NCBI GenBank assembly: GCA_963666365.2
Contig: CAXXNF010000001.1
Location: forward strand, 928,001 to 992,000
Length of the DNA stretch: 64,000 bases
Direction: 5' to 3'
Source: Syntrophales bacterium
GTDB taxonomy: Bacteria; Desulfobacterota; Syntrophia; Syntrophales; UBA2210
Below, one piece after another: positions 29,795-38,524 of this stretch; within the stretch, counting starts at the first letter, position 1; each line of letters begins with the position of its first letter. The translations under genes and the position numbers were made by a program. Below the pieces are notes generated by a model. It worked only from the letters and a program-made list of their open reading frames with translations. It was not told where the DNA came from and did no database searches.

Positions 29795-31387
29795 ATGCAG
29801 CGATGGAACGGCTGGGGTGACGACGCGATCATTATGGACCTGCCTGACGAGGGCGTCGAACTCCTCGAAGCGATTGTGGGACCGGGCGCTCCCCCGAAGG
29901 ATGTGCTTCTTGGGGAATTGCTTGGCTCTATTCCCCAAAAAGGGCTGCCTCATCATCCCCTCATCACCACTGACTCCCAAGAACGGCTCATACATGCTCG
30001 CGGGCAGAGTCTTCCCGACTGGATCGCTCTTCGCTATGGAACACTGAGGCACGTTCCCGACGGGGTGGCCTTTCCAGAAAGCAAAGAAGACCTTCGGGCT
30101 TTGCTCGCCTTTGCCTCGAAACAGAAAATCGCGCTCATCCCCTACGGAGGGGGCACCAGCGTCCTGGGCCATCTCGAAGTCCCGGAATCGAAACGACCCG
30201 TGGTTACGGTCTCGCTCGCCCGGCTCAATCGCATGGTGCACCTGGATGCGGAAAGCCTGCTGGCAACCTTCGAGGCGGGCATTCGAGGACCCGATCTGGA
30301 GGCACACCTCAGGGCACAGGGATTCACCCTGGGACATTATCCCCAGTCCTTTGAATATTCGACCCTGGGCGGCTGGGTGGCTACGCGGGCAAGCGGGCAG
30401 CTTTCATCACACTACGGCAGAATCGACGAAGCCTTCGCAGGGGCTGAACTCCTGACCCCCCGCGGGCCGCTGCTACTCCCCCCCTACCCGGCCTCGGCCG
30501 CGGGACCCGACCTGCGGCAGATTGTTCTGGGATCGGAGGGAAGGCTTGGAATCATTGCCGAAGCCACCGTACAAATATCACCGCTACCTGCGCAGGACGA
30601 CATTTTCGGGGTGTTCTTCCCCTCCTGGGACCGGGCGGTAGAGGCCCTTAAAACACTTACGGCGGCCCGGCTTCCCCTCTCCATGGTGCGGCTCTCCACC
30701 GTCTCTGAAACTCGTACGAATCTGGCCCTCTCGGGTCATGCAAAAACCGTCGCCTTTTTGAAACGCTATCTTCCACTTCGGGGCGTATCGGAGGAAGAAG
30801 GCTGCCTCTGCCTGATAGGATTTATAGGCTCTGCCGGCCTCGTAAAGGCGGCCCGCCGTGAAACCGCTTTGATTATGAAAAAAGTAAAGGCGATCCCCTT
30901 CGGCAAGGCCATGGGCGAGTCATGGAAACGCAATCGCTTTCTCGTTCCCTATCTGAGAAACACGCTCTGGGAAAGGGGATATGCCGTTGATACAATGGAA
31001 ACTGCCGTTACCTGGGGAAGGGTGACTGAAACGATCGAGGCCCTCGAAAAGGGTCTCGCCGGCGCCCTCCTTCCCTTCGACGAAAGGGTGCACGCTTTTT
31101 CACATATTTCAAGCGTCTATCCTACGGGTTCGAATATCTACACCACGGTCCTCTTCAGACTGGGGAAAACGGCGGAAGAAACATTGGCGCGCTGGAAGGC
31201 CCTCAAAAAAACGGCCTCGTCGATCATAATGGAAAAAGGGGGAACCATCAGTCATCAGCATGGAGTGGGGGTGGACCATAAACCCTACATCGCGGCGGAA
31301 AAGGGAAGCCTGGGAATGGACATGATCCGGGAGGTCTGCGCGTCCGTCGATCCGGACGGACTCATGAACCCGACGAAATTATTTTAA
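29795..31387 (+). CDS. FAD-binding oxidoreductase, alkyl-dihydroxyacetonephosphate synthase-like
   Basis: RWNGWG, PYGGGTSV, GHYPQSFEYSTLGGW.ATR.SG, GSEG.LG, YLRN, SHISSVY..G..IY, ISHQHGVG. Confidence 0.85.
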   Translation: MQRWNGWGDDAIIMDLPDEGVELLEAIVGPGAPPKDVLLGELLGSIPQKGLPHHPLITTDSQERLIHARGQSLPDWIALRYGTLRHVPDGVAFPESKEDLRALLAFASKQKIALIPYGGGTSVLGHLEVPESKRPVVTVSLARLNRMVHLDAESLLATFEAGIRGPDLEAHLRAQGFTLGHYPQSFEYSTLGGWVATRASGQLSSHYGRIDEAFAGAELLTPRGPLLLPPYPASAAGPDLRQIVLGSEGRLGIIAEATVQISPLPAQDDIFGVFFPSWDRAVEALKTLTAARLPLSMVRLSTVSETRTNLALSGHAKTVAFLKRYLPLRGVSEEEGCLCLIGFIGSAGLVKAARRETALIMKKVKAIPFGKAMGESWKRNRFLVPYLRNTLWERGYAVDTMETAVTWGRVTETIEALEKGLAGALLPFDERVHAFSHISSVYPTGSNIYTTVLFRLGKTAEETLARWKALKKTASSIIMEKGGTISHQHGVGVDHKPYIAAEKGSLGMDMIREVCASVDPDGLMNPTKLF

Positions 31388-31392
31388 AAAAC

Positions 31393-31434
31393 AGGTGTGG
31401 GGCAAAGGGTGCAGGGTGCAAGGTAACGAGTGAA
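31393..31434 (+). repeat. Degenerate heptanucleotide tandem repeat
   Basis: AGGTGTG GGGCAAA GGGTGCA GGGTGCA AGGTAAC GAGTGAA. Confidence 0.5.
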
Positions 31435-31493
31435 AAGCAGTCTGAAAATAGGCACTCATTCTGATCATTAAATAATGAAGTAATGGCTTCAAA

Positions 31494-33188
31494 ATGGAAG
31501 GGAAAAACCCTCGCACAGGAAAAAATTCAACACCACCATCCGTACTAGGCGGCGTCGGCCTCGATGACATTCCGCGCCGCTGGGATCTGATCGTCATCGG
31601 CGGCGGCATTACCGGTGCGGGCATACTCCGAGAGGCGGCCCGGGCCGGGCTATCGGTGCTTCTTTTAGAACGGGCCGATTTCGCCTGGGGCACGTCGAGC
31701 CGTTCCTCCAAGCTGGTGCACGGAGGTCTCCGGTACCTGAAGGAAGGACGCCTGCTCCTTACAAAGGCCGCCGTTGAAGAGCGTGAACGCCTCCTGGCGG
31801 AGGCGCCGGGCCTGGTCGAACCTCTGGGATTCTTGATGCCGCTCTATAAACATCAGAGCCCCGGCAAGATAATCCTCGGGGCGGGATTGACCCTTTACGA
31901 TTTCATGGCCGTCGAAGCACAGCATCGCTTTTTCGAAAGTGAGGAATTCGCCATGCTGCTCCCACGAATACGAACGCGGGATCTTACGGGAGGATACCGG
32001 TTTTTTGATGCCCAGGTAGACGACTCCAGGCTTGTGCTCAGGCTGATACACGAGGCCGTGGCCGAAGGCGTCTGTGCCTTGAATTATATCGCAGTAAGAG
32101 AAATACTGTGCAATGCGAGGGGAGAGGCCGTTGGTGTCGCAGTCCAGGAAATGGAAAGCGACCGGACGGAAAATCTTTTCGCCAATGCAGTGATAAACGC
32201 CACTGGCGCCTGGGCCGAGACCCTTCACCCATCACCCGACACTACACGTCATCTTCGTCCCCTGCGGGGGAGCCATATCGTCTTTCCCGCATGGCGGCTT
32301 CCGATCGCCCAGGCGGTAAGCGTCATCCATCCCGCCGACAACCGGCCGGTCTTCATTATTCCCTGGGAAGGCGCCGTCCTTGTAGGCACCACCGATCTCG
32401 ATCACGGGCAGGATCTCATGGCCGAGCCTGCGGCAACGGACGAAGAAATCAACTATCTCATGGAAGGATTGCGGGAATATTTTCCCTCCATTCCCGTTGA
32501 TCCCGGCGATGCGATCGCCACCTTCGCCGGCGTCAGACCGGTACTCAGCGAAGGGAAACTCGCCCCTTCGGAGGAGTCCCGCGACCATGTCGTCTGGGTC
32601 GACAAAGGGCTGGTGACTGTAACCGGCGGCAAACTCACCACTTTCAGGCGGCTGGCCCTTGACGCTCTCAAGGCGGCGAAACCCTTTCTTCCGGATGGAA
32701 TAACCCTTGACCGGAAGACTCCCATCTTTTCGCCGCCTCCGGAGATGCCGACGGAGGTTCCCGGTCTTACGCCGCAGTTGTGGCGAAGGCTGACGGGACG
32801 CTACGGTGAAGGAGCGCGTACACTCGTTAAAGACGTGATGCCGGAAGACCTTCAGATGATCCCGGGTACAGCCACCACATGGGCCGAAATCCCCTTTGTC
32901 GCCCGCCATGAGGGAATCAGACATCTCGACGACCTGCTTCTCAGGCGGCTGCGCCTGGGGTTGCTGCTTCCCGAAGGGGCGACGGAACAGCTGGAAAAAA
33001 TCAAAGCACTTTGCAAATCCGTACTGCCCTGGGATAAAAAACGCTGGAGAGATGAAGAAGACCGCTACCGTCACATCCTTTGGCAGGCATACCGGCCGCC
33101 GGGAAAACCGACGCTCCCACCGGCAGGCGGAATAAAGGTTTTGACGGAGAAACTGAGGATTTTCTGGAAAAGAATGCTGCCGGGATAA
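31494..33188 (+). CDS. FAD-dependent glycerol-3-phosphate dehydrogenase/oxidase-like protein
   Basis: IGGGITG, GTSSRSSKLVHGGLRYL, NATGAW, GTTD, AGVRP, GGKLTTFR. Start uncertain. Confidence 0.9.
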   Translation: MEGKNPRTGKNSTPPSVLGGVGLDDIPRRWDLIVIGGGITGAGILREAARAGLSVLLLERADFAWGTSSRSSKLVHGGLRYLKEGRLLLTKAAVEERERLLAEAPGLVEPLGFLMPLYKHQSPGKIILGAGLTLYDFMAVEAQHRFFESEEFAMLLPRIRTRDLTGGYRFFDAQVDDSRLVLRLIHEAVAEGVCALNYIAVREILCNARGEAVGVAVQEMESDRTENLFANAVINATGAWAETLHPSPDTTRHLRPLRGSHIVFPAWRLPIAQAVSVIHPADNRPVFIIPWEGAVLVGTTDLDHGQDLMAEPAATDEEINYLMEGLREYFPSIPVDPGDAIATFAGVRPVLSEGKLAPSEESRDHVVWVDKGLVTVTGGKLTTFRRLALDALKAAKPFLPDGITLDRKTPIFSPPPEMPTEVPGLTPQLWRRLTGRYGEGARTLVKDVMPEDLQMIPGTATTWAEIPFVARHEGIRHLDDLLLRRLRLGLLLPEGATEQLEKIKALCKSVLPWDKKRWRDEEDRYRHILWQAYRPPGKPTLPPAGGIKVLTEKLRIFWKRMLPG

Positions 33189-33192
33189 TAAG

Positions 33193-33274
33193 TCTCGCGC
33201 AAGACGCAGGGGCGCAGAAGATTTTAGAGATAATACAAAGATTTCCTCAGCGAACTCGGCGACTCTGCGCGAGA
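33193..33274. repeat. Palindromic CGCAGAG-type element (9-nt units)
   Basis: TCTCGCGCA...TGCGCGAGA termini; inner units aagacgcag/gggcgcag and ctcagcgaa/ctcggcgac/tctgcgcga. Confidence 0.7.
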
Positions 33275-33320
33275 AAATAAATGCATTTTTAAATAAGAAA
33301 GGAATATCGAACAGTACGGC

Positions 33321-34883
33321 ATGAGTAATAAAGATCTGATCCTCGCCATCGATAACGGCACGCAGAGTGTCAAGGCCATTCTCTTCGACCCAAAGGGATC
33401 GCTGATCGCTATGGAGGCGGCAGCCTTAGATCCCCCTTATGTGTCGCCCCAGCCCGGCTGGGCCGAGCAGGACCCGGAGGTGTTCTGGCGATCCTTGTGC
33501 GAAGCATGCAGGAAGCTGTGGCAGAAAGAGAAAGTAAAAAAAGAACGCATCGCCGGCGTGGCCCTCACCACGCAGCGGGGCACCGTCATTCCGGTTGACC
33601 GCCGGGGCGCCCCGCTCTATCCCTTTATACACTGGCTCGACCAGCGCAAGACGGAGGGCCTTCGCCCCGTGGGAGGGCTCTGGGGGGCGCTCTTTACGCT
33701 GATCGGCATGAGAGAAACCATGGCCTATCTCCAGGCCGAGGCGGAGGCAAACTGGCTGCGCACTTACAAACCGGATATCTGGCGCGCCACGCACAAATAT
33801 CTGCTGCTTTCCGGCTATCTCACCTTCCGCCTTACCGGTGAGTTCGTCGATTCAATCGGCTGCCAGGTCGCCTATCTTCCCTTCGATTACAAGCATCTGC
33901 GGTGGGCCCGCTCCTGGGACTGGAAATGGCAGGTCCTCCCTATCAGTCCATCAATCCTACCCGATCTGGTTCCCCAGGGTCAACCACTCGGCGCCATTAC
34001 GAAAGGCGCCGCCGAGGCCACGGGCATCCCCGAGGGGCTTCCCCTCGTCGCCGCCGCCGCCGACAAGGCCTGCGAAGTGATCGGATGCGGCAGCCTGGCG
34101 CCTTCGGTAGGCTGCCTCAGCTACGGCACCACGGCCACCATCAATGTGACCCATAAAAAATATATCGAGGCCATCCCCTTTTTACCGGCCTATCCTTCGG
34201 CGATACCGGACTATCATACAATGGAGGTCCAGATCTATAGGGGATTCTGGATGGTCAGCTGGTTCAAAAAGGAATTCGGCTATCCCGAACAGATCGAGGC
34301 CGCCCGTGATAATCTTGACCCAGAGGCACTGTTCGACAAACTTGTGGATGACATCCCCCCCGGATCGATGGGCCTGATGCTGCAACCCTACTGGTCGCCC
34401 GGGCTGAAGCTCCCCGGACCGGAAGCGAAGGGCGCCGTAATCGGATTCGGCGACATACACACACGGGGACATCTCTATCGATCCATACTGGAAGGGCTGG
34501 GATACGCCCTGAGAGAAGGCAAGGAGCGCATCGAAAAACGGACCCACATTCCTATTGAAAGCCTGCGGGTCTCCGGCGGGGGTTCGAAAAGCAGGAATGC
34601 CATGCAGATAACCGCCGACATTTTCGGACTTCCCACAGCCAAAGCTCATATCTATGAAACATCAGGGCTGGGCGCGGCCATCGATGCCGCGGTAGGACTG
34701 GGATTTTATGCAACCTTCGAAGAGGCCATCGCCGCAATGACCCATGTGGGAGAAGTATTCGAACCGCAGATGAGGAATCACCAGCTTTATAATCAACTCT
34801 ATGACGATGTGTACAAAAAAATGTACCGGCGCCTAAAGCCCTTCTATCGAAGGATTCGAGAAATCACAGGATACCCGAAATGA
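33321..34883 (+). CDS. FGGY-family carbohydrate kinase
   Basis: [41 protein letters not shown]. Confidence 0.92.
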   Translation: MSNKDLILAIDNGTQSVKAILFDPKGSLIAMEAAALDPPYVSPQPGWAEQDPEVFWRSLCEACRKLWQKEKVKKERIAGVALTTQRGTVIPVDRRGAPLYPFIHWLDQRKTEGLRPVGGLWGALFTLIGMRETMAYLQAEAEANWLRTYKPDIWRATHKYLLLSGYLTFRLTGEFVDSIGCQVAYLPFDYKHLRWARSWDWKWQVLPISPSILPDLVPQGQPLGAITKGAAEATGIPEGLPLVAAAADKACEVIGCGSLAPSVGCLSYGTTATINVTHKKYIEAIPFLPAYPSAIPDYHTMEVQIYRGFWMVSWFKKEFGYPEQIEAARDNLDPEALFDKLVDDIPPGSMGLMLQPYWSPGLKLPGPEAKGAVIGFGDIHTRGHLYRSILEGLGYALREGKERIEKRTHIPIESLRVSGGGSKSRNAMQITADIFGLPTAKAHIYETSGLGAAIDAAVGLGFYATFEEAIAAMTHVGEVFEPQMRNHQLYNQLYDDVYKKMYRRLKPFYRRIREITGYPK

Positions 34884-34921
34884 GCCGCCGGCGCCGCATC
34901 CTGAAACCGACGCCGTCGTCA

Positions 34922-34950
34922 TTGACATTCGCTGCAAATAACGATAGTCT
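34922..34950 (+). promoter_or_regulatory. Putative sigma70 promoter for the CNNM-CNNM-GlmU(N) operon
   Basis: TTGACA-N17-TAGTCT. Argues against the TTG start at 34951. Confidence 0.55.
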
Positions 34951-34995
34951 TTGTTTTTGTCATATGAATGTCTGCATCTCAAACAACCGCGAGGT

Positions 34996-36279
34996 ATGGC
35001 AACGCACGTGGACTATGCCGTGACAGTAAAAATTGGTCTTCTTCTGGTCCTTCTCATCTTTTCGGGATTTCTTTCAGGCTCCGAATCATCGCTTTTTTCA
35101 CTGACTCCGCTTCATATCCACAAGATGAAAGAAGATCATATGCCCTTCGTCGGTTTTGTTGAGAGACTCCTTGCCCGTCCCCGGCGACTGCTGGCCACTA
35201 TAGTCGTGGCAAATGAATCGATCAATATTGCTATTGCCGCGCTTACTACGTCACTCTTTCTCTATTTGCTCGGCCCCAATGGAAAATGGGCGGCCATCGC
35301 CGTAACCACTGTTGTGCTCATGGTTCTGGGGGAGGCGCTTCCTAAAACATTTGCCGTTACGTACCCCCGAAGATTTGCCGTCACTGCCGTGCTCCCCATG
35401 ACTGTAATTTCCAAAGTGGTCTACCCCGCTGCATGGCTTTTGGAAAAAATCTCAGACCTCTTCGTGAGACTCGCGAGAGGAAAAGATCCCCCGGTGCAGC
35501 GAACCGTCATGGAAGACGATTTCAAAACCCTTGTTGATGCAGGGCACAGGGAGGGCGCCCTCGAAGAAACCCAAAAAGAGCTGATTCACAGTGTCTTCGA
35601 TCTGGCCGACACGAAAGTGGCCGACATTATGACACCGCGGGTCGACATGTTCTCTCTTTCCCTTTCCATGCGCCCGAGTGAAATCGCGCAGGAGGTCATT
35701 ACGCACAGATTCTCGCGAATCCCCATTTACGGCGCCGACAAAGAGGATATTCTGGGCATTATCAGTGCCAAAGACCTTCTGATGGACATAGAAGAAGGAA
35801 AGGAAGCGGCTATCAGACCGCTCCTGAAAAAACCTTACTTCGTGCCGGAGGAGCGGCAGGCCCATAGCGTACTTTCCGACTTCAAGGTTCGAAATATTCA
35901 GATGGCTATTGTCGTCGACGAGTATGGTGGAGTATCGGGACTTGTCACGCTTACGGACATTCTCATCTGCCTTTTTGGAAACATCTACCGGGAACGGGAT
36001 CTTCAGGAACCTATGATTCATCAAATAGATGATCACAGCTATGCAGTGTCGGGCATGCTGGAAATCGAAGATTTCAATGAGCGCCTGAAGGCCTCCATTC
36101 CGACAGATGATTTTGACACCATCGGCGGCTTTGTCCTGCATCTTTTCGGGCAGCTTCCCGCTCCCGGAGAATCGGTATCCTACGGCGAGTATATGTTTAC
36201 AGCGGACAAAATAAGTAAAACCCGCATATCGGCGCTCAGGGTCGTCACATCTGCAATAGAAGGAGCTCAGGATGATTGA
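34996..36279 (+). CDS. CNNM/CorB (DUF21-CBS-CorC, 'hemolysin family') protein 1
   Basis: SGFLSGSESSLFSL, GEALPK, IMTPRVD, SRIPIY, VDEYGG..G.VT, FDTIGG. Start at ATG 34996 or GTG 35008. Confidence 0.9.
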   Translation: MATHVDYAVTVKIGLLLVLLIFSGFLSGSESSLFSLTPLHIHKMKEDHMPFVGFVERLLARPRRLLATIVVANESINIAIAALTTSLFLYLLGPNGKWAAIAVTTVVLMVLGEALPKTFAVTYPRRFAVTAVLPMTVISKVVYPAAWLLEKISDLFVRLARGKDPPVQRTVMEDDFKTLVDAGHREGALEETQKELIHSVFDLADTKVADIMTPRVDMFSLSLSMRPSEIAQEVITHRFSRIPIYGADKEDILGIISAKDLLMDIEEGKEAAIRPLLKKPYFVPEERQAHSVLSDFKVRNIQMAIVVDEYGGVSGLVTLTDILICLFGNIYRERDLQEPMIHQIDDHSYAVSGMLEIEDFNERLKASIPTDDFDTIGGFVLHLFGQLPAPGESVSYGEYMFTADKISKTRISALRVVTSAIEGAQDD

Positions 36280-37573
36280 CCTGGGATTAATCATTCCGGT
36301 CCTTCTTTTTGTCGCCATGGAGGGACTGTTTTCAGGTGGTGAACTGGCTCTGGTCGCCTCGGACAGGCACAAAATCAGACTCAAGGCGGAGAAGGGATCG
36401 CGATCCGCACGCATTGCCATGAAACTTCTTGACAGGCCTGAATGGTTCCTTTCAACAACGCTTACTGGAACAAATCTCTGTCAGATAGTCAACACCTCCC
36501 TTGCCACCGCCTTTTTTATTTCCCTCTTCGGCCTTGAGCGGGGCGAACTGGTGTCGATCGTTGTTATGATTCCGCTCGTCCTTGTCATGGGGGAGGTGGT
36601 ACCAAAGGGAATCGCCCAGCACCATGCCGATTTTTTTGCACTGAGGATCGCCTGGTTCATCTGGATGGCTTCCTGGGTGTTCTATCCGGCCGTGTGGATT
36701 CTATCAAAGATATCAAAGGGCATAGTATACGTATTGTCAAAACGGGCGGGGATTATCTACTCCCCCTACATTACCAAGTCCGGGTTGGAATCCCTGTTGA
36801 GAAACGAAGAGGAAACGGGTGATATTACACGCTCGGAGAAGGAAATGATTCAAAAAGTTCTGGACTTTTCCGACTTCACAGTAGACAGCATCATGGTTCC
36901 CCTCTCCAATGTAACACTGGTCCCGGTTACGGTTACCCTGGGCGAAGCATGCCGCATCATCAGAAAGAAAAAATATTCGAAGATTCCCGTTTACCGGGAA
37001 GATATATTTAACATAATAGGCATTATTGATATTTTCGACCTGATGAGGGACCTTGCAGCCAAAGGATCGGACGCTCCTCTGGTAACCGAAAAAGGTGAAA
37101 GTTCCATAAAAGAACAGATTCTTTATGTTCCCGAGACCCAGCGCGCCAGCGATCTCTTTTTAGATCTGCAGCAGGCTGGCGAACATATGGCAATTATCGT
37201 CGATGAGTATGGCGGCGCCATAGGTATTGTCACTATGGAGGATATTCTTGAGGAAATAGTGGGCGAGATAGATGACGAATACAAGACCGGCTATGAGTAC
37301 AAAAAAGTGGGACGCGGTCAGTATCTGCTCAAAGGACAGATGAAAATCGAGCACATAAGAAAACTTCTCCCCGTCACTATTCCCCAAGGGGACTACGAGA
37401 CGCTGGCGGGCTTTCTGCTCAATGCCATGGGGAAAATACCCAAACCCAGGGAATCATTCAAAGTCGGGGACAGTCTCTTTGTTATTGACGATGCGGACGC
37501 ACGCTCAGTCAAACAGGTGCTGGTGGTGATACCGCCGGAATTGGAGAGATCCGTTCAGAAGGAGTCGCAATGA
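36272..37573 (+). CDS. CNNM/CorB (DUF21-CBS-CorC) protein 2
   Basis: [54 protein letters not shown]. Confidence 0.92.
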   Translation: MIDLGLIIPVLLFVAMEGLFSGGELALVASDRHKIRLKAEKGSRSARIAMKLLDRPEWFLSTTLTGTNLCQIVNTSLATAFFISLFGLERGELVSIVVMIPLVLVMGEVVPKGIAQHHADFFALRIAWFIWMASWVFYPAVWILSKISKGIVYVLSKRAGIIYSPYITKSGLESLLRNEEETGDITRSEKEMIQKVLDFSDFTVDSIMVPLSNVTLVPVTVTLGEACRIIRKKKYSKIPVYREDIFNIIGIIDIFDLMRDLAAKGSDAPLVTEKGESSIKEQILYVPETQRASDLFLDLQQAGEHMAIIVDEYGGAIGIVTMEDILEEIVGEIDDEYKTGYEYKKVGRGQYLLKGQMKIEHIRKLLPVTIPQGDYETLAGFLLNAMGKIPKPRESFKVGDSLFVIDDADARSVKQVLVVIPPELERSVQKESQ

Positions 37574-38355
37574 AAGAAACAGGGCAGACACAACGAAGGG
37601 ATATCGCAACGGTTATTCTTGCCGCAGGCAAGGGCACACGTATGAAATCGGATCTGGCAAAGGTGCTGCACCCGGTCTGCGGGAGACCCATGCTCTGGTA
37701 TCCCGTCTCCATCGCCCACAAGATCGGATCCGATAAGATTGTCGTCGTGATCGGTCATCAGGCCGACGAGATAAAGAATGCAATGAACGACGACGCCCTC
37801 CTGTACGTCTACCAGAAAGAACAGTTGGGAACAGCCCATGCGGTGATGCAGACGGAACCGGTTCTCAAGGATTTTGACGGCGCCATCATCATCCTGTGCG
37901 GAGATGTGCCTCTTCTGCAGCTCTCCACCCTGCAGAGGCTCCTCGAATTCCATCGTGAAAGCGCCTCCGATGTTACCGTGCTTACCACCATGCCGGAGGA
38001 TCCTTACGGCTATGGACGGATAATCAAGGATAAAGAAGATCGAGTCATCAAAATAATAGAACACCGGGATGCATCGGACAAGGAAAAAGAGATCTCTGAG
38101 ATCAATACGGGCATCTATTGCGTCGAAAGCGCCTTTCTCTATCACGCCCTCGCATACATTGAGACAAATAACTCCCAGGGAGAATTTTATCTGACCGATA
38201 TTTTCGATATCGCCCGCAGGGAAAACCGCAAGGCCCGATCATTTCTTCTGCAGGATCCTCACGAGGCGATGGGCATCAACACAGTGGAACAGCGCGACGA
38301 GGCAGAAAGAATCATGAAAGCGCGCAAGTCTGCCCCGGGAGAGATAATTTCATAA
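37570..38355 (+). CDS. GlmU-like nucleotidyltransferase, N-terminal domain only
   Basis: ILAAGKGTRMKS..KVLH, QKEQLGTAHA, GDVPL, GYGRI, EINTGIY, NSQGEFYLTD, GIN. Stops at 261 aa with no hexapeptide repeats. Confidence 0.88.
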   Translation: MKETGQTQRRDIATVILAAGKGTRMKSDLAKVLHPVCGRPMLWYPVSIAHKIGSDKIVVVIGHQADEIKNAMNDDALLYVYQKEQLGTAHAVMQTEPVLKDFDGAIIILCGDVPLLQLSTLQRLLEFHRESASDVTVLTTMPEDPYGYGRIIKDKEDRVIKIIEHRDASDKEKEISEINTGIYCVESAFLYHALAYIETNNSQGEFYLTDIFDIARRENRKARSFLLQDPHEAMGINTVEQRDEAERIMKARKSAPGEIIS

Positions 38356-38524
38356 TACGCAACAGCGCGGCAGCTTTGGATATGCGCAGGCCTCTATTAT
38401 CAGCAGGTTATCGCCTTTGTTTTTTTGAGGCTGCCGGGCCGCGGAGGGACATTTAGGTTGACTTGCAGTCATAAAGTTGTTATTCAGAGATGTTTAATAA
38501 AGAAGGTAGATTAGGAGGATTTCC

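Noticed and set aside
21949..33274. Intergenic repeats as a CRISPR array
   Set aside because: No regularly spaced identical repeats with unique spacers and no cas genes.
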